From positions 1 to 43,443 of the forward strand of contig JAHLWZ010000444.1 of assembly GCA_020536535.1 (NCBI GenBank): DNA of 43,443 nucleotides, given 5' to 3'. Below, one piece after another: positions 1-10,019 of this stretch; the stretch's first letter is position 1, and every line of letters begins with the position of its first letter. Source of the stretch: Pelomyxa schiedti. Taxonomy: Eukaryota; Protista; Evosea. The notes beneath the pieces were generated by a model. It was not told the DNA's origin. It did not search any database and saw nothing but the letters and a program-made list of their open reading frames with translations. The position numbers and the translations under genes were made by a program.

Positions 1-452
1 CCAACTTTTTTCTCCTGTTCCTCCGTTGAGCATTGCACAGGCACCATCAGGCGGTCAACAACTTCCAAACACCTGTACTTGATCATTCTGTTGAGAGCTA
101 CATGTGGAGTGTCGGTATTGCTCTGGTTATCCGTTAACCCCCTGAAACGTTCTTTTTTTTTGTATGTGTGGCCATTGGCTCGTCGACACCCCTCACTACA
201 AGAGTAAGAGTGGCACCATGCCACATACCCACAAATAGGTATGGTTGGTTATCCCTGCGTGTCAGAGGTTCAGACTCAGCCGTGGCACCACACTCACTTT
301 CTTGAGAGAACAATAATAAAACAATTGTCACTGTTCTGCCCCAACCGCCATGTGATTCAGACCTCTTAAGAGGTTTTTGGTTCAAGGAGAGGCGCTGTCT
401 TGGGCCATTAGATTAATTTGGAATCTTTCTGGTGGTCCCAGTCCTTGGCCAT

Positions 453-3400
453 TCAATTGATGGTGAGGGATTGGTTCTGGCCAGAAAACTGGAACACGTG
501 AGTTGTGGGCTTTGTTCCTGAGCCAGTGACCCCCTTGATCACAACAACAACCAACCCGTGGTTCCCATCAAACGGTCGGGCGTGGGTTGTTGGTGCCACG
601 CAACCACCGGCACCGTCGCGGTAGTGCTCGTTGTTGGTCTCGGGTGGCGTCGTGGCTTGGTTGCAGGCGGTGGCGCGTTGGCCACACACGGTGCGTGAGC
701 TGATCACACACACAACACACCCACCAGCTCCCACAACCCCCCCACTGACACTGCTGCTCGTTGTGGGCGCCACGACGAACCCGCTCCCTCCCCCTCCCCC
801 ACTGTCACCCTTGCCCTCAATGTACGTGTGTCCACCAGCACCCCCAAACAGTCCCCCACCCCCTCCTCCTCCACCGCATTCATTCGCGCCTGTGGGTGCG
901 TTGAGACCGTCACCACCGCGGAACTTGCCACCACACTGCGGGGAGTTGTCACCCCAGCCACCCGGTGCCTCCTGTGTTGCCCTCTTGCGCTGGTCCCCGT
1001 CCGCGCTCCCTGTCTCGCCTCCTCCCCCTCCCCCGTACCCGTGCGTGTCGTAGTATATTGTGGAGCCACCGCCGCCACCAGCCACGACGAAGGGCACACC
1101 CTCCACCAGCACTGCGCTGCATCCACCTCCCCCTCCCCCACTGTATTTGTAACCGTTAGCCCCACCACTGCCGCCACTGCCACCACCACCAAATGATCTC
1201 CTCGTTGGTGATGTTCCATATGGGTTGTACACCATACCAGCACCACCCTGGCCCACCACGATGGTGAGTTGTGTGCCAGGCTTGACCAGCATCCTGGCTG
1301 TGCTGAACCCCCCTGGGCCACCCGCCATGTTGTGAGAGTTGTTTGCGCCGCCAGCGGCACCCCATGCAAACACCTCAACCTCCCTCGTTGGTGGGAGTGG
1401 AGGGACAGTGGCACGCTGTGTTGGCTCAGATGATCCAACGAGGCTCACTGCACAAACACCAACACTCACCTCGTTATTGGAGTCCACAGTCACATCACAC
1501 TTGGTTGTCTCCCTCCCCTTCACCTCAATCACCATTCTTCCTTCTGCTGATGAAGAAGCAGTTGAGGGGGAGACAATCACGTTGTAGCCCACAACTTGTT
1601 CGAGTGAGGTCTCATTGAGGAGGGGAGAAGGTTGGTCCCACTGGACTGTGATTGCATCAGTGCCTGATGACCTGGAGCACAGAGGGGCCCTCCCCTCACT
1701 TGGGGTGTTTGGCACCCTCCCTTTGGCCAATGTTCCAAACCCCCTGATCATCCCAATCACCTCGTCACGTGGCCCACTCCTGCACGTGACCGCCTTGGCT
1801 TGTTCGCATGGTTCAAGTCTGTGTGTGTCCTGTGTGAAAGGAGGGAGAGAACACCATGAACTCACGTGAAACGGTGGGAAAGAATAGCACACCAGGAGCA
1901 ACGGTTTGTTCAAGAGGAAGGAAGAGAGGATCGAGCGTGCTTGAAGCACTTCCAGAGGTTGCTGCTGTTGCTGTTGGGCCACTTCGTTTGCCTTGGATAT
2001 CAGAGCTCGGTGGTTCTTCACAACGGCTTCCAACGAGTTGCACTGAACTCCCAGGTTGTGTGCTGTGAGAATTCCATGTTAAAACTTTTTTTGGGATTTT
2101 CTTGTTGTTTGCTGTTGTTGGTTTTGGTGGGAGGGGAAAATGAGAACTCATTGCATCAGAGAGTGACTGTGACATTTCGTTGATCTCCTTGCACCTTGTC
2201 TCAACTGCGCCCAGAATCAACTGCAAATCGGCCAGAATTAACATGCAACCCTCAGTTATCACCTGTGGTTTTTTGTTTGCACACATAACCAGTCACAATT
2301 ATGGAGCAAAGAGGTTGGGAAAAGAAAAAGGGATGAATTTGACCTTGGGAACTGACAACATCCCTGTGTTGACTTTAGAAATGGCCTCCACTTCTTTTTC
2401 GGCAATGTCATTGAGCTCCTTACTGAGTCCTTTTTTTTTTGTTGGATCACATCCTTAAACGCAATGACTGAGGTGAGTGAAAACACACGTTCCAGTTCAG
2501 AGACCTGTTGAGAAACGCTGTCAACCAATGGCACACTGGTATGGCCAGAGTGCTTCTCTGTTTTCTCACATAAATAACAGATTGGCACACCACACGAGCA
2601 TAGCAAATCTCGTTCCTTTGTTGCATGATGAGGACACATTGTTGTCGCAAAGCCCTTTTTCACTGTCCCTTGTGGAATTTCTGTTGCCTGATTGGCAAAC
2701 AAATATTAGTTCATAAAAAGAGTGAAAAGACCACCTGGTGGGCTCTGTAGGCACCCCTTTGGTGGTGCTGCCTGAAACAAGGTCCACAAAAAAGCGTTCC
2801 GTGGCAGGAGGAACATTGGCACGTGGCAGGGGACGGCGAACTCGTGGGTTCCTCACAACAATATTGGGCCTCACACAATGTCGATTTGGTCTGTTTTTTT
2901 CCAAGGTCATTGGGGTCGGAACAAAAATGGACTGTGGAATACACACCAATTCAGCTTTCTTGCTCTCGACAAGGGACATTGCCACGGTGTTTAGTTTCAA
3001 GTTGTCACCTGACATAGCTGTCCTGGTTGTCCTAGTGCACCGGAACGGGCACTTGATTTCGACTAGTGGTTTTTGTAGTAGTGTTCTTATCAGTTCAGTA
3101 CGCAAAGCAAAGAACAGGCACAGAGATTACAGAGTAGAGCAGAAAAGCCGATGTGTGTGTGTGATGGGATACGACATCGATAGTGCCACGAGCAACACAC
3201 ACCAGTTGCATCGGGTGAGCAGCAACCCCATCGACACCCAGACGACGACGACGACGAGGAGGTGCCACAAGACAATGCAGCGGTTGACTGGGGTGCGCTC
3301 GTCTGGCCTGGCCCCGGCATCGCGCCAACTCCACCACCACAGCCACCGCCACCGTGCGCGTGTGGCTTCGTGGTAGCCGTGGTTGGGAACACAGACACCG

Positions 3401-3566
3401 TGGGCAGTGCGGCGAGCCTGGCGGCGGCCACGAGTGTGGTGAGGGCGCAGCAGCGGCAGACGGTGTGGCCGCATTCTAGGTACACTGGATCGCGGTACAT
3501 ATCCATGCACACCCCGCACACAACGCCGTCACCATCGACACACACACCACGCGCGTCGGAGGACAT
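453..3566 (-). CDS. TRIM-like E3 ligase, copy 1: RING - B-box1 - B-box2 - coiled coil - FN3 - glycine-rich (ALK/LTK-type polyGly) domain; about 8 exons
   Basis: Manual splicing joins the listed ORFs in frame. RING CGVC..LECGHTVCRCC..(insert)..VEIKCPFRC (intron 3202-3063). B-box1 CEAQYC..CSSCHGTLFCGPCFRQHHQRGAYRAH. B-box2 CPHHATKERDLLCSCGVPICYLCEKTEKHSGH. Coiled coil RLSKELNDIAEKE (intron 2488-2430). FN3 ITVQWDQP..VVGYNVIV. Gly-rich domain VEVFAWGAAGG..LTIVVGQGG..VVAGGGGG..GNHGLVVVV. Confidence 0.85.
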
Positions 3567-3836
3567 CAGGGAATAAAAAAAAAACAGCGGCCAGAGCCCA
3601 AGTTGGAGGGACGCCTTTTTTCCTGTTTCTGTATACTTCTCTGGGTTGGTTGAAGCTCTAAGTAGTATGATGGTTAGTATGGGAGGTGGTTGCGAAGTGT
3701 TTGCGAGGTGACAGAGGGGGGACTTTCTCCCATTTCTGAGCAGATTTGTACAAAAAAACTTGGAGACGGGCAGACAGGCACTGCCGCATCAGGAGCACGC
3801 GCAAGAGTCCCTGACTGTTGCACCTCGACGACCGAC
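3567..3836. promoter_or_regulatory. Putative bidirectional promoter, TRIM copy 1 / SAM copy 1
   Basis: Divergent ATGs at 3566 (-) and 3837 (+), 270 bp apart. The arrangement is conserved in copy 2 (9748 / 10020). Confidence 0.5.
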
Positions 3837-4442
3837 ATGTCCAGCACCACCACGCCCACCACGTCGTCTTCATCGCCATCATCATCGTCCAGCAGTAACA
3901 CTACGGCCACGGCCACGGCCACGGCGACCGCCACGCCGACGTGCGGCAGAGAAGTTGCTCCAGTGCCGCCATCCCCCCCAAATTGGACGAACCGCCACGT
4001 GTGCGCTTGGCTCACACAACTTGGTGTTGCCAAGCACGTCCGCGTGTTCGCTGTGCGCCGTCTTTCCCCACTCTTTTTACATACTCTACAGAACGTTGGT
4101 TGCGCACAGAACGGAGTTATGGGGGTGAATTGGCCTCTAATTTTGTTTGTTTGTTTTGTTGTAGGTTACCAAAGTTAATGGGAGAGAGCTTCTTAGCATG
4201 TCACAGGAGCAACTAGAAGCACCACCTTATTCACTCCCTGCTGAATTAGCGGCGAAAATCGTGGATTCGTTGACAACACAATGTGGTAGGTTAGCCATTC
4301 TGTAAATTCTGAGCTTTGTAATGTGTCTAACTCTGAGTTCACTCTGCAGCAAGTGTTGTATCAGACATATTCGATACGCTTCTTGCTAGCACAGAGCAAG
4401 CCGACGATGATGACATCTTCACACCACTCTATGAACTGAGTG
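3837..4442 (+). CDS. SAM-domain protein, 5' part (duplicate of the SAM-RapGAP N-terminus), cut off by the assembly gap
   Basis: Spliced WTNRHVCAWLTQLGVAKHVRVFA|VTKVNGRELLSMSQEQLEAPPYSLP is a typical SAM motif. The protein is identical to copy 2 up to the N-run. Confidence 0.75.
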
Positions 4443-4542
4443 NNNNNNNNNNNNNNNNNNNNNNNNNNNNNNNNNNNNNNNNNNNNNNNNNNNNNNNNNN
4501 NNNNNNNNNNNNNNNNNNNNNNNNNNNNNNNNNNNNNNNNNN
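4443..4542. other. Scaffold gap (100 N)
   Basis: Run of exactly 100 N, the usual placeholder for a gap of unknown size. Confidence 0.99.
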
Positions 4543-4753
4543 TATCTTCTTGTCTTGATTTATTGCTGCTATCTTGCTGGCATTTTCACATTTCCCTAAA
4601 TATGCTTTACCTGTGTATGCAGTGCCTTTCTCTGTTTGTGCCTCCGATTCATTGCATTCAGGTCGTCCATATTTTAACTGCTTGTGTGAGTTGCTCTTTA
4701 TGTTGGTGAGGCAGTGCAAAATCTTTGTACACTGTTGTCATTTTGCTGGCATG

Positions 4754-5900
4754 CTATGCTGACATTGGCATCTCACTGTGCACAGATTCCCATGTGCGCC
4801 TCAGATCTGCAAGAACTCGGTCACCTGCGAAAAAAAGCGCTCTGAGAATGTGTCACGGCGGCTGGGGGTCACTGACTTTGACCGGCGGGGCGCCAGAGGG
4901 ACGCCCACGGTTCTGCTGTGGTGGGCATCGAGAAGGGATGCTGCATGGCCAAAGGGTTCATTGGGTAATTTGGTACTTTTCCAGAGTAGGGCACATTGGG
5001 GTATTCCTCTGTGGTACTGTTTTGTGTTGTTCCAAAATGTACTGGGTTTTTTAATTCTCCTTTTTTTTTTGTTCCCTTAGGTGTGGGTGTGAGGTGTGGG
5101 TAACGGCAGAGCACTGCAGACAACAAGAGTGCCAGTAAGAGCGAGCATGCTGGGTGTGTGGGTACTGGCACTGGTGGTAGGAGTGAGGAAGCAGTAGGGA
5201 GGCCAAGTCCAGCCACAGTATGCCACACCATCCACACCTGCAAAATGGAGTTAGCAGGGTTGGAAAGAAGAACAACAAGGTACCTTGATATTGCTGTGTT
5301 ATTGTTCCGCTGTGGCTCCATCATTCCGGTTATCTGTAAGCATGTTAGAAGAGCCAATGATGGTTAAAGACATACCAAATCCCAAGTCCCTGAGGAACAA
5401 TTCCGGAACGGTTTCAGCTTCAGTCTGTGGAAAACGTTAGAGGAAGAGAATGACAAGACAAAGGGGCCAACCTAACATCTAGTCAGCAAGCAGCAGCGGC
5501 CCCGACTGAAGTCTGCTTTGGAATCAGGGCAGTGCATCATCGTTCTGGGGTCTGGCTGGCGTGTTAGCGTGACCAAGGAAGCATATGGCGGGGAACAAAC
5601 CGAATTCCAAGTCAGTGCAGAACAATTTCCAAAGGTGTCGGCTTAAGTCTGTGGAAAACGTGAGAGGAAGAAAGAGGAAAGACAATGGGACCTACCCAAC
5701 TTCCCAGTCAGTGTGGAGTGAGTGTAAGTTGGGGAACGCGGCAGAGTGGAGCGTAGGAGCCCAGTGAGCAGGAGTGTAGGTGTGCAAGAGCAAAGCAAGG
5801 GGTGTTGGTTCCAAAGTGAAGTGGGTGAATGGCGGGTAAAGCCTGACATTGCACTCCATTAGTAAGTGACATCCATTGTCGCTGTTGTTGTTGAGTGGTG
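4754..5900 (-). pseudogene. Uncharacterised spliced gene or pseudogene
   Basis: Several good minus-strand splice sites, e.g. CTAAC..CTTACAG at ~5334, and GTCAGT..TTTTTCGCAG giving a terminal exon DRVLADLRRTWESVHSEMPMSA*. No single continuous frame or domain could be established. Confidence 0.3.
5376..5695 (-). repeat. Two diverged copies of a 47-nt intron + 48/49-nt exon module (5376-5471 and 5601-5695)
   Basis: Both read GT..TTCCTCT(A/C)ACGTTTTCCACAG, then an alignable exon (ACTGAAGCTG..GACTTGGGATTTG vs ACTTAAGCCG..GACTTGGAATTCG), then GTATGT or GTTTGT. Confidence 0.7.
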
Positions 5901-6622
5901 GGAACAAAAGGGAGAGGGAATGTACCCTGGTGATAGATTGTCAGCAGGTCCGCCACCTGAATAACATATGTGAGCTGCAGGGTGGAAAAAAAAAAAGAAG
6001 GCACATACCAGTGTCACTGTTGGAAATGCAGAAAGGGGCTGTGGTGTGCAACACTGGGGCCTGGGGTGGTTGAGTGGGGTGACGATACAAAGGAGAGGGG
6101 ATTTACCGTGAAGATGACTCTCAGCAGTCGACAAGTTGCAAAACCACCTGGTTAGAAAGGGTGAGAACTCAAAAAAGAAACAAGAGAAGATACCTGTATC
6201 TTTGGTTGGTTCAAAAGAAAATAAGACGATAACAACCACACAACAATCGTTGTCCATGTGCACTTATGTTGGTCCAGGCACCCCTGACACGTTGGGTTTT
6301 TTGATTTTTTATTTTTTCTTGTTGATTGTTCTACCGGAAATTCCCGACAATCGTTTCTGATTCTGTGACTTAGGCCTGCCTGCTTCAAGCACAACATACT
6401 CAAAATTGAGGAGCTCAACTTTGGGTGTCTTCTAAGGTGCAACACGTTCTGAATATATTGCTGTTAGGAACCACCTCACATGTTGTCACGCAGTTTTGTA
6501 TTTTACCCCAAGTCCCACCATGTGATTCAGACCTCTTAAGCTGTGTGGTTTTTGGTTCAAGGAGAGGCACTGGGTCATTAGATTAATTTGGAATCTTTCT
6601 GGTAGTCCCAGTCCTTGGCAAT

Positions 6623-9600
6623 TCAATTGATGGTGAGGGATTGGTTCTGGCCAGTTAACTTGAACACGTGAGTTGTGGGCTTTGTTCCTGAGCCAGTGAC
6701 CCCCTTGACCACAACAACAACCAACCCGTTGTTCCCATCAAACGGGTGGTCGTGGTTGGTTGGTGCCACGCAACCACCGGCACCGTCGCGGTAGTGCTCG
6801 TTGTTGGTCTCGGGTGGCGTCGTGGCTGTGTTGCATGCGGTGGCACGTTGGCCACACACGGTGCGTGAGCTGATCACACTCACAACGCACCCACCAGCAC
6901 CCACAACCCCCCCACTGACACTGCTGCTCGTTGTGGTTGTGGGCGCCACGACGAACCCGCTCCCTCCCCCTCCCCCACTGCCACCCTTGCCCCCACCGTT
7001 GTACGTGTGTCCACCAGCACCCCCAAACAGTCCCCCACCCCCTCCTCCTCCACCGCATTCACTCGCGCCTGTGTGTGCATTGAGACCGTCACCACCGCGG
7101 AACTTGTCACCGCACTGTGGGGAGTTGTCACCCCAGCCACCCGGTGCCTCCTGTGTTGCTCTCTTGCGCTGGTCCCCGTCCGCACTCCCTGTCTCGCCCC
7201 CTCCCCCTCCCCCGTACCCTTGCGTGGAGTGGTATATTGCTGAGCCACCACCGCCACCAGCCACGACGAGGGGCACACCCCCCACCATCACCGCACTGCA
7301 TCCACCTCCCCCTCCCCCACTGTATTTGAAACTCACACCACCACCACTGCCGCCACTCCCGCCACCACCAAATGATCTCCTCGTTGGTGTTGTTCCATTT
7401 GGGTTGTAGACCAGCCCAGCACCACCCTGGCCCACCACGATGGTGAGTTGTGTGCCAGGCTTGACCAGCATCCTGGCTGTGCTGAACCCCCCTGGGCCAC
7501 CCGCCATGTTGTGGGAGTTGTTTGCGCCGCCAGCAGCACCCCATGCAAACACCTCAACCTCCCTCGTCGGTGTTGGTGGGAGTGGAGGGACAGTGGCACG
7601 CTGTGTTGGCTCAGACGATCCAACGAGGCTCACTGCACAAACACCAACACTCACCTCGTTATTGGAGTCCACAGTTACATTACACTTGGTTGTCTCCCTT
7701 CCCTTCACCTCAATCACCGTTCTTCCTTCTGTTGATGAAGAAGCAGAATCAGTCGAATTTGAGGGGGAGACAATCACGTTGTAGCCCACAACTTGTTCGA
7801 GTGAGGTCTCATTGAGGAGGGGAGGAGGTTGGTCCCACTGGACTGTGATTGCACCATCAGTGCCTGATGACCTGGAGCACCGAGGGGCCCTCCCCTCACT
7901 TGGAGTGTTTGGCACCATCCCTTTGGCCACTGTTCCAAACCCCCTGATCATCCCAATCACCTCGTCACGTGATCCACTCCTGCACATGACCGCCTTGGCT
8001 TGTTCACATGGTTCAAGTCTGTGTGTGTCCTGTGTGAAAGGGAGAGAACACCATTAACTCACGTGAAACGGTGGGAAAGAATAACACACCAGGAGCAACC
8101 GTTTGTCCAAGAGGAAGGAAGAGAGGATCGAGCGTGCTTGAAGCACTTCCAGAGGTTGCTGCTGCCGGGCAACTTCGTTTGCCTTGGATATCAGAGCTCG
8201 GTGGTTCTTCACAAGGGCTTCCAACGAGTTGCACTGAACTCCCAGGTTGTGTGCTGTGAGGAATTACATGTTAAACCTTTTTTTTGGGATTTTCTTGTTG
8301 TTTGCTTTTATTGGTTTTAGTGGATGGGAGGGGAAAATGAGAACTCATTGCATCAGAGAGTGACTGTGACATTTCGTTGATCTCTTTGCACCTGATCTCA
8401 ACTGCACCCATAATCAACTGCAAATCGGCAAGAATTGACACGCAACCCTCAGTTATCACCTGTATTTTTTTGTTTGCACACATAACCAGTCACAATTATG
8501 GAACAAGAGGTTGGAAAAGAAAAAGGGATGAATTTGACCTTAGGAACTGACGATATCCCTGTGCTGACTTTAGAAATGGCCTCCACTTCTTTTTCGGCAA
8601 TGTCATTGAGCTCCTTGCTGAGTCCTTTTTTTTTGTTGGATTACATCCTTAAACGCAATGACTGAGGTGAGTGAAAACACACGTTCCAGTTTAGAGACCT
8701 GTTGAGAAATGCTGTCACCCAATGGCACACTGGTGTGGCCAGAGTGCTTCTCTGTTTTCTCACACAAATAACAGATTGGCACACCACACGAGCATAGCAA
8801 ATCTCGTTCCTTTGTTGCATGATGAGGACATATTGTTGTCGCAAAGCCCTTTTTCACTGCCCCTTGTGGAATTTCTGTTGCCTGATTGGCAAACAATATT
8901 AACATATTATATCTAACATGAAAAAAGAGTGAAAAGACCACCTGGTGGGCTCTGTAGGCACCCCTTTGGTGGTGCTGCCTGAAACAAGGTCCACAAAAAA
9001 TCGTTCCGTGGCACGAGGAACATTTGCACGTGGCAGGGGACGGCGAACTCGTGGGTTCCTCACAACAATATTGGGCCTCACACAATGTCGATTTGGTCTG
9101 TTTTTTCCAAGGTCATTGGGGTGCAGAACAAAAATGGAATACACACCAATTCAGCTTTCGTTTTCTCGACAAGGGACATTGCCACGGTGTTTGGTTTCAA
9201 GTTGTCACCTGATATTGCTGTCCTGGTTGTCCTAGTGCACCGGAATGGGCACTTGATTTCGACTAGTGGTTTTTGTATTAGTGTTCTTATCAGTTCAGCA
9301 CGCAAAGCGAAGAACAGGAACAGAGATGGCAGGGTAGAGCATAAAAGCCGATGTAGGTGCGTGATGGGGGACGACATTGACAGTGCAACGAGCAACACAC
9401 ACCGGTTGCGTCGGGTGAGCAGCAACCCCATTGACACCCAGACGACGACGCAGAGGATGCCGAGGTTGACTGGGGTGCGTTTGTCTTCCCCGGCATCGCT
9501 CCAACTGCGCCACCACAGCCACCACCACCACCGTGCGCGTGTGGCTTCGTGGTCGCCTTAGTCGAGAACACAGACACAGTGGGCAGCGCGGCGAGCCTGG

Positions 9601-9748
9601 CGGCGGCCACGAGTGTGGTGAGGGCGCAGCAGCGGCATACGGTGTGGCCGCATTCTAGGTACACTGGGTCGCGGTACATATCCATGCACGCCCTGCACAC
9701 AACGCCGTCACCACCGTCAACACACTCACCACGCGCGTCGGAGGCCAT
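6623..9748 (-). CDS. TRIM-like E3 ligase, copy 2: RING - B-box1 - B-box2 - coiled coil - FN3 - glycine-rich domain
   Basis: Same exon structure and motifs as 453-3566 (ORFs 9290-9748, 8603-9085, 8271-8483, 6623-7987). Length differences that are not multiples of 3 fall in the inferred introns checked. Confidence 0.85.
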
Positions 9749-10019
9749 CGGGGGTGAAAAAAAACAGCGGAGCCCAAGTTGGTGGGGACAGTCATTGTTT
9801 CTGGGTGTCTGTTGACATCTCTGGGTTTTTTGAACCTCTAGGTAGTATCATGGTTAGTATGGGGGGTGTCTGCCAGCCGCCCGAGGCACAACAGCGATCT
9901 ACTAGTCTTCCTCCCCTTTCTGGGCAGATTCGTACAAAAACTTGGAGACGGGCAGACAGGCACTGCCACACCAGGAGCACGCGCACAGAGTCCCTGACTG
10001 TTGCACCTAGACGACCGAC

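Larger units (their letters stand above)
348..4442. repeat. Segmental duplication, copy 1 (matches 6518-10661)
   Basis: High identity from CCATGTGATTCAGACCTCTTAAG (348 / 6518) to GAACTGAGTG (4442 / 10661), covering the TRIM gene, the shared promoter and the 5' part of the SAM gene. Confidence 0.95.

Noticed and set aside
1-340. Possible exons at the window start (ORF 134-385) and weak similarity to 5270-5340
   Set aside because: Neither strand nor frame can be fixed, and the similarity does not hold at the protein or splice-site level.
631-1618. Pro-rich plus-strand ORFs (also 6801-7815)
   Set aside because: Antisense shadows of the glycine-rich (GGN) exon. They have no independent motifs.
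2425-2445. Apparent frameshifts at homopolymers differing between TRIM copies (also about 2885-2900)
   Set aside because: Both fall inside GT-AG introns whose removal restores the frame in both copies, so they are not evidence of pseudogenisation.
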